Below are positions 1 through 8,698 of a stretch of DNA of 46,585 nucleotides, one piece after another. The notes under the pieces are model-generated. The model saw only the letters and a program-made list of their open reading frames with translations, was not told the origin of the DNA and searched no databases. The stretch covers positions 1 to 46,585 of the IMG/VR virus record IMGVR_UViG_3300032212_000026; one strand, given 5' to 3'. Position numbers and translations under genes: made by a program. Within the stretch, counting starts at the first letter, position 1; each line of letters begins with the position of its first letter. The DNA comes from a virus (lineage: Duplodnaviria; Caudoviricetes).

Positions 1-127
1 ACTCCCTCAATTGCTTTGCGTAAGGCGAAGAGGCTTTACCAGGGACATTAGCTAAGTTTGGGTCCTTATGACTAGACCTGTGAGTTGTCGCTCCTAGGCC
101 CCTTACAACCCCGTGAATGCGATTGTC
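1..127. repeat. Terminal 127-bp overlap (copy 1), circular-assembly redundancy
   Basis: 1-127 is identical to 46459-46585. It lies inside the DNA polymerase ORF and 127 is a common assembler k-mer length. Confidence 0.95.
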
Positions 128-1141
128 CTTTCCTAGGTTCTGTTTGTAATTGTTAACCAACCCTAGCCTAGAGGTTAGCATCTTGTACTCAGGGATGTAC
201 TTGATTTCCTTTGGAGCTGTACTCGGTATAGTGTTGAGGTTATCTTCGTCTAGTTTCCACCCGTACACCTCAAACTTACGTAGCTTTATCTCCTCTTCTG
301 GTGTAAGTGGACGCTTACGTTTAAGCTTAAGTATATCCAGGTGACCCTTGGTCTTAACAAAAGGTTTCCACCCGTACTCATCGAGCTTATCAATTACTTG
401 CTGGTTACTGTTCATGTTAAACGGTACAAGTGTTTCTTTAATGAACGGCACACCTTTAACGTACCCTTTTGTTTTGTTATCTCTCTTGGGTACGAACACC
501 TCTTGCTTAACTGTTGGTGGAAAGGCTATCTTAATCTCGTCATCTAGCTGTGCTTGTCTTAGTCGGATGTTGAGGTCAAGATCGTTTAGTTTTACTGGGT
601 CTACAGGTAATCCATTAATGCGTTGTTGTTCTAGGATACATTGAAGGTTATGCTCTAGCTCCATTGACTCTTCACCTGACCCTTCACGTTCGAGTAAGTT
701 AATGAGCTTCTTGTACACCTTGATACCTAACCTACAATCATCTTTACAGTACTCGATCATCTCAGGTGTTAGCTTTTCGAAGTCGTTGAACTCTGTCTTA
801 GCTTCGTTACACAAGCGTTTACCTAGAGCATCGAGGCTGTTGTCAAGTCTAGGATCGTACAGCTGGGCTAGGATAAGAGTATCAACAAACTTATATGGGT
901 TAAGCTTAGAATATAGGTGGTGCTTGAGTACGTGAAAGTCAAAGTTAAGTACGTTGTGCCCTACTATGTACTCAGCCTCATCAAGTACATCGTAAAGATC
1001 AGACATATGAGAACAACCAAACCTACCATACCAAGTATAAGCGTGTTCCATCCCTGTCTCTAGGTCTACTACTACAACACAGTGTAGAGTTGAGGTTGGG
1101 TCGAGGTTCTCTGTCTCGCAATCAAGATAAATGTTTTTCAT
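1..1141 (-). CDS. polA: Family A DNA polymerase, N-terminal part (3'-5' exonuclease domain); continues across the junction to 45776, about 607 aa in total
   Basis: Manual translation from the ATG at 1141: MKNIYLDCETENLD (ExoI DxE), IVGHNVLNFDF (ExoII), MIEYCKDD (ExoIII), RIHGVVRGLGATTHRSSHKDPNLANVP. In frame with the 45776 ORF through the overlap. Confidence 0.95.
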   Translation of the reverse strand, partial: MKNIYLDCETENLDPTSTLHCVVVVDLETGMEHAYTWYGRFGCSHMSDLYDVLDEAEYIVGHNVLNFDFHVLKHHLYSKLNPYKFVDTLILAQLYDPRLDNSLDALGKRLCNEAKTEFNDFEKLTPEMIEYCKDDCRLGIKVYKKLINLLEREGSGEESMELEHNLQCILEQQRINGLPVDPVKLNDLDLNIRLRQAQLDDEIKIAFPPTVKQEVFVPKRDNKTKGYVKGVPFIKETLVPFNMNSNQQVIDKLDEYGWKPFVKTKGHLDILKLKRKRPLTPEEEIKLRKFEVYGWKLDEDNLNTIPSTAPKEIKYIPEYKMLTSRLGLVNNYKQNLGKDNRIHGVVRGLGATTHRSSHKDPNLANVPGKASSPYAKQLRE

Positions 1142-1325
1142 CTAACACTTCCTCAATAATTTTTTCTGCCATCTCTTCAGGCAGTTGATCTGGTAAGTAA
1201 ACCCCAGCGTAATTAAAATACACAGCATCTATCTTGATCGCTATCAGCTCTTTTAAATCGTAGCAGCTACACTCTTCTGGAGAGAAACATTTACAATCTT
1301 GACACCAATATTCTGTTATCGTCAT
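1122..1325 (-). CDS. Small hypothetical protein with a Cys cluster
   Basis: 67-aa ORF (CQDCKC...CSC) overlapping the helicase stop and the polymerase start. Confidence 0.6.
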   Translation of the reverse strand: MTITEYWCQDCKCFSPEECSCYDLKELIAIKIDAVYFNYAGVYLPDQLPEEMAEKIIEEVLDEKHLS

Positions 1326-2851
1326 TCTACTTTCTCCGTTATTCTGTAAGTTTCATCATCAAAGTACAACAACCCACTCGGACCAGTAGGACCAACGAAC
1401 CTGTTCTTACGCACTGTAAGGCTAGTTATGTTCTCACCTTGCATGAGGTCACGCTTCATATCAATCCAAGTATCAGCTATCTTCTCAGGGTTACTACTAC
1501 CTTTGATCTCCCCATCTCTGTTAAGGTGTGACACGATAACACAACAGAAGTCTAGCTTCTTAGCAAGGGCCTTGAGTTTAGTTGATAGTTTATCCAAGGC
1601 TTTACGTTCATCCATGTTACGTTGATCTGCTACAGCCATAGAGATGTGATCGTAAAAGATAAACTTACACCCTAACCCCTCAACCATGTACTGTACCATA
1701 GCTAAGATCTCATCAATGTCTAAGGAGCCAACCTCGTAGTGTCCGTGTGTACGTTCAAGGGGAAGCTCAGCCTTAGCTTTATCCCACTCCTCCTTAGGTA
1801 CTTGGTTACGTACGTGTTTAAAGTGAACAGGTTTATCTAACTTGATAGACATTAAACGTTTACCAAAGTCTTTCTCGTTCTCCTCTTGTCCTATAGAACC
1901 TACGTTGTAATTAGTTTCGGTTAACACCTTGTACAAGACCTCGTTCATGATGTAAGACTTACCTACACCTGACTGAGCAGTGAGCATAACAACCTCACCA
2001 AACCTCATGCCCATAGTCTTAATGTTCAAGCACTCCCAAGGATAGTTAACTACAGTACTAACAGGAGGTGTATCAATTGCTTTCTCCCACGCTTCACGTC
2101 CACTCACTATACCAGTAGGCTTAGGGTACTCTGCTAGGTTAAACACCTTTTGAAATAAGCTAATGCCTTCAGGTGAGATGTTATAATCACAAGCATCTTT
2201 CATTTCACCGTGAGTAAGATCCATTACTTTTACTTTGTGCATAGGTAGGAGCTTGAGTGCTTGGTCTGTAGCTTTACGTCCTGGTTCATCAGCATCAAAG
2301 CAAAGATAGATATTCTTAAAGCTATTAACGTACTCCATGTTGTCAGCTAAGCCAGTCTTAACAGAAGAGCTACCGTTAACTAGAGACACACAAGGGATAA
2401 CAGAACCTAGCATCTGGTACGCAGCCATAGCATCGTCTTCACCCTCAGTAATAACTAGGTTAGGACTACTGTTAGGAGGAAAGGCGTGTGAACCAAAGAG
2501 CTGTACATTCTTATGTTTACCTTGTATAGTGTACCTGTTACCATCGGGTAGCTCTGTCTTAGTCTTAACCGAAGTGATTGAACCACTGTTATAGTAATGA
2601 TAAGACCTTTGACCTGCTTCGTTAGTACTCACATTGTACTTGGTTACTGTGTTAAGGTTGATGTTACGTTTAAGTATTGCTTGTACTGTACCTGAGAACT
2701 CCAAGTCTTCTAGACCTCCTCTATCAAAACCATTACTGTTAGTGTAGTACCCACACGAAAAGCATTTCTTACTTCCATTAGGAAACTCAACGAAACCTTT
2801 AGAAGTTGTACACTTAGGACAGGGGCCCTTCTTTACTTTGTCTTCGTACAT
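1322..2851 (-). CDS. T7 gp4-like DNA primase-helicase
   Basis: N-terminal Zn ribbon (CPKC...CFSC), TOPRIM motifs (ITEGEDDAM, CFDADEPG), Walker A AQSGVGKS, DnaB-like motifs DHIS, VSHLNR, KNRFVGPTG. Confidence 0.95.
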   Translation of the reverse strand: MYEDKVKKGPCPKCTTSKGFVEFPNGSKKCFSCGYYTNSNGFDRGGLEDLEFSGTVQAILKRNINLNTVTKYNVSTNEAGQRSYHYYNSGSITSVKTKTELPDGNRYTIQGKHKNVQLFGSHAFPPNSSPNLVITEGEDDAMAAYQMLGSVIPCVSLVNGSSSVKTGLADNMEYVNSFKNIYLCFDADEPGRKATDQALKLLPMHKVKVMDLTHGEMKDACDYNISPEGISLFQKVFNLAEYPKPTGIVSGREAWEKAIDTPPVSTVVNYPWECLNIKTMGMRFGEVVMLTAQSGVGKSYIMNEVLYKVLTETNYNVGSIGQEENEKDFGKRLMSIKLDKPVHFKHVRNQVPKEEWDKAKAELPLERTHGHYEVGSLDIDEILAMVQYMVEGLGCKFIFYDHISMAVADQRNMDERKALDKLSTKLKALAKKLDFCCVIVSHLNRDGEIKGSSNPEKIADTWIDMKRDLMQGENITSLTVRKNRFVGPTGPSGLLYFDDETYRITEKVE

Positions 2852-2995
2852 TCATTCTCCCTTCTCATTCTCACTGTCAGAGAGGGCGGTAGTAACAACG
2901 TCTTTGATACGATCAACTATGCCACCAAAATACGGGCTTGTTAAACTGGCAATCTCCTTCAAAGCCTCTTCCAGTCTCGCCTCTCTGTCTGTCAT
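2852..2995 (-). CDS. Small hypothetical protein (47 aa, MTDREARLEEALKEIASL...)
   Basis: Manually translated. It fills the gap between coupled neighbours, with an ATGA overlap on the upstream stop. Confidence 0.55.
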   Translation of the reverse strand: MTDREARLEEALKEIASLTSPYFGGIVDRIKDVVTTALSDSENEKGE

Positions 2996-3213
2996 CTTTG
3001 GTCTTCCTCTGTATTAATACTCTTGTTTAACCAAGACTCAAACTCTAAGTGGTCATCTATGATATCCTTTTCTCCTAGTAAAGTAATGTTATCTTCTAAG
3101 ACTACACTATCTATAGCTAGTTTACACACCTTACAAGGCAGAGCTTTACCAGTAATGTCTTCAAACTTAGAGTCTTCGTCTTTAATGTCTTCATCACATA
3201 TGTAGCATCTCAC
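2992..3213 (-). CDS. Small Zn-finger-like protein
   Basis: CYIC...CKVC motif; SD-like AAAGGAAG upstream; first gene after the 3240-3268 promoter. Confidence 0.7.
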   Translation of the reverse strand: MRCYICDEDIKDEDSKFEDITGKALPCKVCKLAIDSVVLEDNITLLGEKDIIDDHLEFESWLNKSINTEEDQR

Positions 3214-3239
3214 ATTAAACTTCCTTTCTCTCTAACTAT

Positions 3240-3268
3240 ATTATCTCACACTTATCTGTTAAAGTCAA
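3240..3268 (-). promoter_or_regulatory. Sigma70-type promoter TTGACT-N17-GATAAT with extended -10 (TG)
   Basis: Minus strand TTGACTTTAACAGATAAGTGTGAGATAAT; nearly identical to the promoter at 45538-45566. Confidence 0.8.
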
Positions 3269-3285
3269 GGGTTAACTTACTTAAG

Positions 3286-3301
3286 TGTGATCGTTGTCAC
3301 T
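3286..3301. promoter_or_regulatory. CRP-family box TGTGA-N6-TCACT at about -61 of the 3240-3268 promoter
   Basis: TGTGA TCGTTG TCACT, 17 bp upstream of the -35 hexamer. Confidence 0.65.
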
Positions 3302-3397
3302 TTATCTATTAATAGGGTTTTGACTCATGAGCCTTTTAGAACACCAGCTCGGTGGGTTGTACCTCCAGTTCTGTAGAGGAGGAGTAAGAAACATAGC

Positions 3398-4309
3398 TCA
3401 AGCTGCCTCTCTTGTGAAGTTAATGTCAGTGATACCGTTCTTAACCAACAAGTTTTCTGTTATTTTCATAGCACCTTCGAGTGTATCAAACTCATCAGCT
3501 ACATCGTGTGCTAAGCCAGCAAAGATAATCCTATCAACACCGTCAGTAAAAGCATCAGGCCCTAGCTGTTGAGCTACACCGTACCCATCACTAAAAGCTC
3601 TACCGTACTCTTGTTCAGTGTGAGATTCTTTAAGAGCAAACATCATACGTCTAAGAAAAGATAGGTGACAGATAGCAAAGGCTAGTTGGTTAATGTCAAA
3701 CGGATCTTCGTAGTCTTTAAGGCACACCTCGTGAAGAGAAGTAAGACCACCACTCTTACCTAACTCAGCTGCTGTTACCCTTACTCTGTGTCCCATCTGT
3801 TCGAGGTTATCAATCACCTTCAACGCAGCAGTACCGTAGTTAAACAACCTGTTAGCATCATTGAACCAAGCGTACCCTACCTGGAGTACTACCTCGTACT
3901 GTTTCTTAGGGTTAAAGTTATCTCCTCTAGCAAACATACACATAGGGTTACCACTAAGAAATGTAGGTACGTCTGGTACGTAACCGTGTACGTTCATCTC
4001 TTGTTGGTTAACCTTGCCTGCGTTGAACTGGCTGTTAGTAACGTCGATCTCGTTCAACCGTTCAGTACCCTCAGCCCATCCGTTCTGCATCAAGTCGAAC
4101 GCTTCTTCGATGTTCTTAGTACCAGTAAAACTATAGTCATCTTTAAGGCTAGATCTCCTGTGTGACCAGAACCTAGTGTCAGGATCGTTAAGGTACGTAG
4201 CTAAGTGATCCAAGCTATCGAACCCTTTGTAGTACTTAGGAACGAGCTTCTTGTTAATGTGGTGTGCTTGTTCGTGTGTTGTATAATCAGTAGTCATCTT
4301 GTACTCCAC
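3398..4309 (-). CDS. VWA-like/DUF7192-like partner of the MoxR-type AAA+ ATPase
   Basis: GYVPDVPTFLSGNPMCM, FAICHLSFLRR and GYG motifs resemble phage proteins found next to CbbQ/MoxR-like ATPases; lies just downstream of the ATPase. Confidence 0.65.
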   Translation of the reverse strand: MEYKMTTDYTTHEQAHHINKKLVPKYYKGFDSLDHLATYLNDPDTRFWSHRRSSLKDDYSFTGTKNIEEAFDLMQNGWAEGTERLNEIDVTNSQFNAGKVNQQEMNVHGYVPDVPTFLSGNPMCMFARGDNFNPKKQYEVVLQVGYAWFNDANRLFNYGTAALKVIDNLEQMGHRVRVTAAELGKSGGLTSLHEVCLKDYEDPFDINQLAFAICHLSFLRRMMFALKESHTEQEYGRAFSDGYGVAQQLGPDAFTDGVDRIIFAGLAHDVADEFDTLEGAMKITENLLVKNGITDINFTREAA

Positions 4310-4520
4310 TCCTTTCTTGTAAGTCTTCGACAGCTAATATCAATTCAAGGATAGCCTTAAATGTATTGTACATAAGGAACACAAATACTGTTACCCATCC
4401 AGTGTACCCTAACCACTCAGTAAAGTAGTACAAACCTAAACTGATTAAAGAGTACAAGATTGTAACAAGTGTTGCTGCTATAGTTTTTACAAAGCTAGAA
4501 TATTTCTTTGATTTAATCAT
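4287..4520 (-). CDS. Small membrane protein (two hydrophobic helices)
   Basis: 77-aa ORF with two hydrophobic stretches; coupled to neighbours. Confidence 0.65.
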   Translation of the reverse strand: MIKSKKYSSFVKTIAATLVTILYSLISLGLYYFTEWLGYTGWVTVFVFLMYNTFKAILELILAVEDLQERSGVQDDY

Positions 4521-4729
4521 GGTGTTGATACCTCTCTTTCTTGTGATTTACTACGTTTAACTTTGTGTCTAGCTTTACTATTTTTTATACTAAATCCTTG
4601 AGGGGTCCTCCCAGATATAGACATACAAAGAGTAACTAAATTATTACCAAAGGCTACAGTAAAAGTACCGTTCGCATTCTTGTACTTTGATAACCTAGCT
4701 CTACAATTTAGTGGTGGGCTACGCAGCAT
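4517..4729 (-). CDS. Hypothetical basic protein
   Basis: 70-aa ORF overlapping both neighbours in an operon-like way. Confidence 0.5.
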   Translation of the reverse strand: MLRSPPLNCRARLSKYKNANGTFTVAFGNNLVTLCMSISGRTPQGFSIKNSKARHKVKRSKSQEREVSTP

Positions 4730-6035
4730 TGGACTTGATCTTCTTAACTTGCTCAGGTGGGAGACCTTTGAACACTACCATCTCCATGACTTGAGGGACT
4801 GTAAAGTTACCGTGCTTGATAAGCTTAGCTCCATAGATAGAAGCACGAGGCGAGATAACGTGTCGGATCTTAGCCTTAGCTACACCACGACGCATCTTCT
4901 GTACTACATCAACAAGCTCATCGTTGTTAGCGAGGGTACGTTCCATAGCTTCATCGTAATCCCAATCAATTACAGCAAATCTATCCAAGGTTGCAGCATC
5001 TAGTTGGTTACGGCCTACGTACATCCTGTCAGCGCCACGTCCAAAGGTATTAGCAGCACAGATAACAATGAAGTCCTTGTGTTTGTTAATACGTCCAACA
5101 GGGAAGTCGTGCATACCGTTCTCAACTAGCATGTTAGTACCAACCAAGACTTCAGGGTGACCAGCATCCAACTCATCCAAGAGTAGTACACCTCCATCTT
5201 TGAAAGCCTTGTAAGTTTGAGTGTCGTGGTACACACCGTTAGCATCAATGAACCCGTTCAACTGGTGTAGTCCTGACATAGCACCACTGAAATAGAACGG
5301 CAAGCCAAGACTATCAGCCAACTGTTTAGCAGCTGTAGTTTTACCTGAACCAGCAGGACCTACGAGCATAGGATTAACCCCAGCTTTAACACACCCAGCC
5401 ATACTAGGGAACTTGTAATGTGCTAGTTCAGGGTGTGCCTCATCATCAATGTCCCTCTGAATGGACACAGTAGTAGGTGTAGAGAGCTTCTCGATTAGCT
5501 TAGTGATCTCCTCCTTAGCTTTAACCAAGCCCTTCTCTGACTCTTCCTTTGCTCGTTGAGCGTTGAGTTCGATGATCTCATCAGTACGTGCTTGTACCTT
5601 TTCATCAATCTTACCCATCTCTTCGTCGATCTTAGGTCCGATCACCATACCGAGCAAGTCTTGTACTGATACGCCACCGTCTTGTTGCTGTGGTTGAGGT
5701 GTGCGGTGGTGTCGTGTTGTACCTCCGTTGGTGAGGTCTTTAAATTTACTCATGTCCTGTTCTCCGTCATCTTCAATAGGTGTAGGTTCTATACCTTGTT
5801 TCATATCAATGTAGTTACACACTGCCTTGATAGTTTGTGCTTTACTAGGCTTGTTACGCCAAGTTCTGTTCCAAGAGTCGTCGTTAGCACATCTAATTGT
5901 AGCAGTCCAGCTACCTGGGTAATCGTTGTGAAGGGCGATCTTAATTACGTCGCCATTATGATTGTACTGTTTTAAGTCGTACCTTCCTCTTGTTTTAAGG
6001 TATCTCTTTAGACTCTCTGTATTGATAGTGGGCAT
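4719..6035 (-). CDS. MoxR/CbbQ/NorQ-like AAA+ ATPase with N-terminal extension
   Basis: Walker A GPAGSGKT, Walker B LLLDELD, sensor AANTFGRG, Arg-finger region QLDAATLDRF, sensor-2 SPRA. Confidence 0.9.
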   Translation of the reverse strand: MPTINTESLKRYLKTRGRYDLKQYNHNGDVIKIALHNDYPGSWTATIRCANDDSWNRTWRNKPSKAQTIKAVCNYIDMKQGIEPTPIEDDGEQDMSKFKDLTNGGTTRHHRTPQPQQQDGGVSVQDLLGMVIGPKIDEEMGKIDEKVQARTDEIIELNAQRAKEESEKGLVKAKEEITKLIEKLSTPTTVSIQRDIDDEAHPELAHYKFPSMAGCVKAGVNPMLVGPAGSGKTTAAKQLADSLGLPFYFSGAMSGLHQLNGFIDANGVYHDTQTYKAFKDGGVLLLDELDAGHPEVLVGTNMLVENGMHDFPVGRINKHKDFIVICAANTFGRGADRMYVGRNQLDAATLDRFAVIDWDYDEAMERTLANNDELVDVVQKMRRGVAKAKIRHVISPRASIYGAKLIKHGNFTVPQVMEMVVFKGLPPEQVKKIKSNAA

Positions 6036-6060
6036 ACAAAGTTACTCCTCTCTCTCCGTG

Positions 6061-6450
6061 TTAATGTTTCTTAGTAAAGTCAAAAGGAATTACTGTATCT
6101 CCCATGTCCTTTACTTGTTGGTCGATAGCATCTAGCTCTGCTAGTTCAGAACCTAAGTCAGCTTCACGTCGTACTTCTTCCTCGACTTGAGTCATCCTTT
6201 GTTCCATCTCTTTAGCTGCTCTCATCGTAGCAATGAACTTAAGTGCCATGTCCTTAGCTTTTTCTTCAGAGATAAAGTCACCTTGCATAAGAGCTTCTTC
6301 CCAAGTACCGTCATCAAACGCAGCCTTAACTACTACGCTGTAAGATTCTCGATCCTTTGAAGAGGCGTGCATCTTAATGATACGTGATAGTGAGACAGTA
6401 GTTTCACTAAGCTTAACTTGTTTGCGGTTGTCGTCATTGTTACCAAACAT
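6061..6450 (-). CDS. Hypothetical protein
   Basis: 129-aa ORF with an AGGAG SD and a coiled-coil-like C-terminus. Confidence 0.75.
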   Translation of the reverse strand: MFGNNDDNRKQVKLSETTVSLSRIIKMHASSKDRESYSVVVKAAFDDGTWEEALMQGDFISEEKAKDMALKFIATMRAAKEMEQRMTQVEEEVRREADLGSELAELDAIDQQVKDMGDTVIPFDFTKKH

Positions 6451-6664
6451 TTCTGTTGTACTCCTGTGTTATAAGTTTGTTTATTGTGTACGCCCAGCCT
6501 AACCATCCGAAGGTAGCTAAGCACATCAGTACTGTACCCCACCAAGTTTGTGTTGTAAAGATAATTGAGGCTTGATTTGTCCACAGATTTACTGTCATGT
6601 ACAGTACTGATACCCATAAAAGCATACACGACATTACTAAATCGAATTTACTATCTATTTTCAT
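6440..6664 (-). CDS. Small membrane protein
   Basis: Two hydrophobic segments; likely start MKIDSKF at 6664. Confidence 0.65.
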   Translation of the reverse strand: MKIDSKFDLVMSCMLLWVSVLYMTVNLWTNQASIIFTTQTWWGTVLMCLATFGWLGWAYTINKLITQEYNRNVW

Positions 6665-6669
6665 AAGCT

Positions 6670-6891
6670 TTATTCCCATCCGTTGATGTGTTGTCTGTTG
6701 ATGATACGGCTAGGGATACCATCGAGTTTGTACATCTCAACAGTCTCTAAACCCCAACTCATATCTCTTGTTGTCTCTTCTACAGTGTACCAAGTCCCAT
6801 CCTTTAACTTAACTTGGATGTAGTACCTTTGGTTAGTGAGGCTTGGAAGAGTGGGCGTATCTAGTGTTTTTAATCCTTGTAATTGAACGAT
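6670..6891 (-). CDS. Possible 73-aa protein with a non-AUG (ATC) start
   Basis: Open frame IVQLQGLKTLDTPTLPSLTNQRYYIQVKLKDGTWYTVE...GWE*, with AAGGAG 7 nt upstream of ATC; fills an otherwise empty gap. Confidence 0.4.
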   Translation of the reverse strand: MVQLQGLKTLDTPTLPSLTNQRYYIQVKLKDGTWYTVEETTRDMSWGLETVEMYKLDGIPSRIINRQHINGWE

Positions 6892-7021
6892 ATCTTAACT
6901 CCTTTAGGTTTGATGTTACTCCTCTTTGTCTGTTACTTACTCTTGTATCTATGACACGGGATAACATATGTCTTTCTTTTATGTAAACGTAAGGATAGTA
7001 CAGAGGAGGTAACATAGTCAC
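6833..7021 (-). CDS. Hypothetical basic protein
   Basis: 62-aa ORF coupled (GTGA) to the upstream stop. Confidence 0.5.
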   Translation of the reverse strand: MTMLPPLYYPYVYIKERHMLSRVIDTRVSNRQRGVTSNLKELRYRSITRIKNTRYAHSSKPH

Positions 7022-7398
7022 TGCTCTTCTAGTACTAAGGTACCATCCTCCTCGATAGTAGCTTTGATCAAGACTGTGTTACCTTCTTTACTTTCGCAGA
7101 GCTTTTCGATCTCAAGTATCTTATCAAAGAACCCTGATGAGTACAACCTTTCAGTTAAGTCTATCCAAGGAAGGAGTTCAGCTGCTTGAGTAGCTATAAC
7201 AGAAGCTTCAACCGATCTCTTGACGTACAAAAGTAAGACGTAACACAAAGCTACCCATACTAGATAGTGTACCCAAGGACTAATGTTGTACAAGATACTG
7301 TGGTTGTTAAAGAAAGTACTACTCATTACAGTAACCAAGATCACTGACATAATAGAGGTAAATATTCGCGTCGCTCTCGGTGTTAGTTTAATAAACAT
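7018..7398 (-). CDS. Membrane protein (two TM helices)
   Basis: 126-aa ORF; strong SD AAGGAG supplied by the duplicated cassette. Confidence 0.75.
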   Translation of the reverse strand: MFIKLTPRATRIFTSIMSVILVTVMSSTFFNNHSILYNISPWVHYLVWVALCYVLLLYVKRSVEASVIATQAAELLPWIDLTERLYSSGFFDKILEIEKLCESKEGNTVLIKATIEEDGTLVLEEQ

Positions 7399-7551
7399 AT
7401 CATTGTTTCTCCTTTTTTAATTAGACCTAAACCTAGACCAAGACCAAGACCTAGACTTAGACCCAGACCCAGACTTAGACCAAGACCTAAACCTAGTCAT
7501 AGATCTAAACCTAGACCTAGACTCTCTGTTAACTAAGTGCAGAGGGACAAC
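7388..7551. repeat. Duplicated cassette copy A (24-bp and 42-bp identical flanks around a hexamer array)
   Basis: 7388-7429 = 8883-8924 (42 bp) and 7528-7551 = 9059-9082 (24 bp); the interior is a degenerate (TCT-NGG)n array on the minus strand. Confidence 0.95.
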
Positions 7552-7554
7552 CAT
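7417..7554 (-). CDS. Ser-Arg/Trp/Gly dipeptide-repeat peptide A (45 aa)
   Basis: Manual translation MVVPLHLVNRESRSRFRSMTRFRSWSKSGSGSKSRSWSWSRFRSN*. Starts 4 nt after the stop of the Sm-like gene; paralog of 8912-9094. Confidence 0.75.
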   Translation of the reverse strand: MVVPLHLVNRESRSRFRSMTRFRSWSKSGSGSKSRSWSWSRFRSN

Positions 7555-7558
7555 TGTC

Positions 7559-7933
7559 TTAAGAGGATGGTGAAGGTAGAGGGTGAGGCCAGTACGTTAC
7601 GTCAACGATCATAGCTCTATTAACCAGGACATCGTACGGGTACTGCACTGACTCACTCAAGCTACCGTTGTTCAAGCACTGTTCCCAGTCACCTGTATCA
7701 GCGATCCAAGATGCTTTAGTTAACACTATGTCAGTGCCGCTCATCTGCTGGATGATACCGGTGTAGTACATTGAGATAGTACGGATGATAACAGGCATAC
7801 CGAGGACCAAGCTATGTGATTCAGGGATGTTAGATACATCTGATTGGTCTGTGTTTGGTTTAAAGATTAAAGTTTCGTGTTCCATTTTATTTAAGTTCCT
7901 TTTCTGTGTTCTTAGTTTAGTAAACTTGTTCAC
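7559..7933 (-). CDS. Putative Sm/Hfq-fold (LSm-like) protein; true start may be 7885
   Basis: GMPVIIRTISMYYTGIIQQMSGTDIVLTKA resembles the Sm1 motif and VLVNRAMIVDV resembles Sm2, with a WIADTG segment in between. The fold call is by eye. Confidence 0.6.
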   Translation of the reverse strand: MNKFTKLRTQKRNLNKMEHETLIFKPNTDQSDVSNIPESHSLVLGMPVIIRTISMYYTGIIQQMSGTDIVLTKASWIADTGDWEQCLNNGSLSESVQYPYDVLVNRAMIVDVTYWPHPLPSPSS

Positions 7934-8117
7934 CTGTCTGGCTTATGTAAGGTTTTGAGTACTTAGGGTAAGTCTTTCTTGTAGAATCTACTTGATACTT
8001 TACAGAACTACCAGGCTCTCCTTCAACAAAGCTTACACTAGCGTACATCGACCAAGTCTTTACAAAGTTAGACCCGATAGCACCAGTTACCTTGCGAGTT
8101 GATAATCTAGAGACCAT
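7917..8117 (-). CDS. Hypothetical protein
   Basis: 66-aa ORF filling the gap between neighbours; start uncertain. Confidence 0.35.
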   Translation of the reverse strand: MVSRLSTRKVTGAIGSNFVKTWSMYASVSFVEGEPGSSVKYQVDSTRKTYPKYSKPYISQTGEQVY

Positions 8118-8434
8118 AGTTCAAAGTCCATATCAATTGTAATGTTAACGTGTTTATAGTACCGAGCACCGTACCTATTGACAAACTCAAAGACACGTTC
8201 CCAATCAGGTGCAGTCTTAGCGTCACGCTCAATCTCGGTGTACGTTCTACCTCTCAAGAACCCGTACGCTAGGTTCATACATCGAGCATCACTCTTGATA
8301 ATAGTTCTGTACTCTTGCTCAAGTGTTGAACGTTGAAACCTAGAAAGGTTAGGGTTCTTTAGTTGTTGTTTAAATCGAGAGCACTCATCACTCCCTGACT
8401 TTACTCGTAGTTTAAGGTTGTACTTAGTGGTCAT
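8087..8434 (-). CDS. Conserved phage hypothetical protein (LAYGFLRGR family)
   Basis: The motif ARCMNLAYGFLRGRTYTEIE is recognisable from early-region proteins of other phages; GAGG SD. Confidence 0.75.
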   Translation of the reverse strand: MTTKYNLKLRVKSGSDECSRFKQQLKNPNLSRFQRSTLEQEYRTIIKSDARCMNLAYGFLRGRTYTEIERDAKTAPDWERVFEFVNRYGARYYKHVNITIDMDFELWSLDYQLAR

Positions 8435-8696
8435 GTTGGGTATCCTCTAGTTTAATTTGTTCGAGTTCTTTGATAGCTTCACTGATACTCAATCTATCTT
8501 GTCTGTTGTACGTGTGTAGCACTCTAAGTATCAAGAAAAATAAGATCAAAGAGTTCATGAAATAACTACCACCTACAAAGGTATAGTTAAACCATAACAT
8601 TAAGGCAAGCAGTACGTACGAAACAAAATCACGTACTATGTGTTGTCCTAGTGTTTCTCTTAAGATGATTATTTTAGTTTTAGGTTTAGCAATCAT
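8424..8696 (-). CDS. Membrane protein
   Basis: 90 aa with two hydrophobic segments; AGGAG SD. Confidence 0.7.
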   Translation of the reverse strand: MIAKPKTKIIILRETLGQHIVRDFVSYVLLALMLWFNYTFVGGSYFMNSLILFFLILRVLHTYNRQDRLSISEAIKELEQIKLEDTQHDH

Positions 8697-8698
8697 TC

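Noticed and set aside
1-127. 127-bp end repeat as a biological direct terminal repeat
   Set aside because: It interrupts the DNA polymerase ORF and equals a common assembler k-mer length, so it is a circularisation overlap.
4719-6035. AAA+ ATPase as a phage-encoded sigma54 activator
   Set aside because: No GAFTGA loop; the motifs fit MoxR/CbbQ-type ATPases.
7552-7561. Stop-codon readthrough fusing the Sm-like protein to the SR peptide
   Set aside because: The peptide is in a different frame; readthrough gives DNGCPSALS* and no slippery site is evident.
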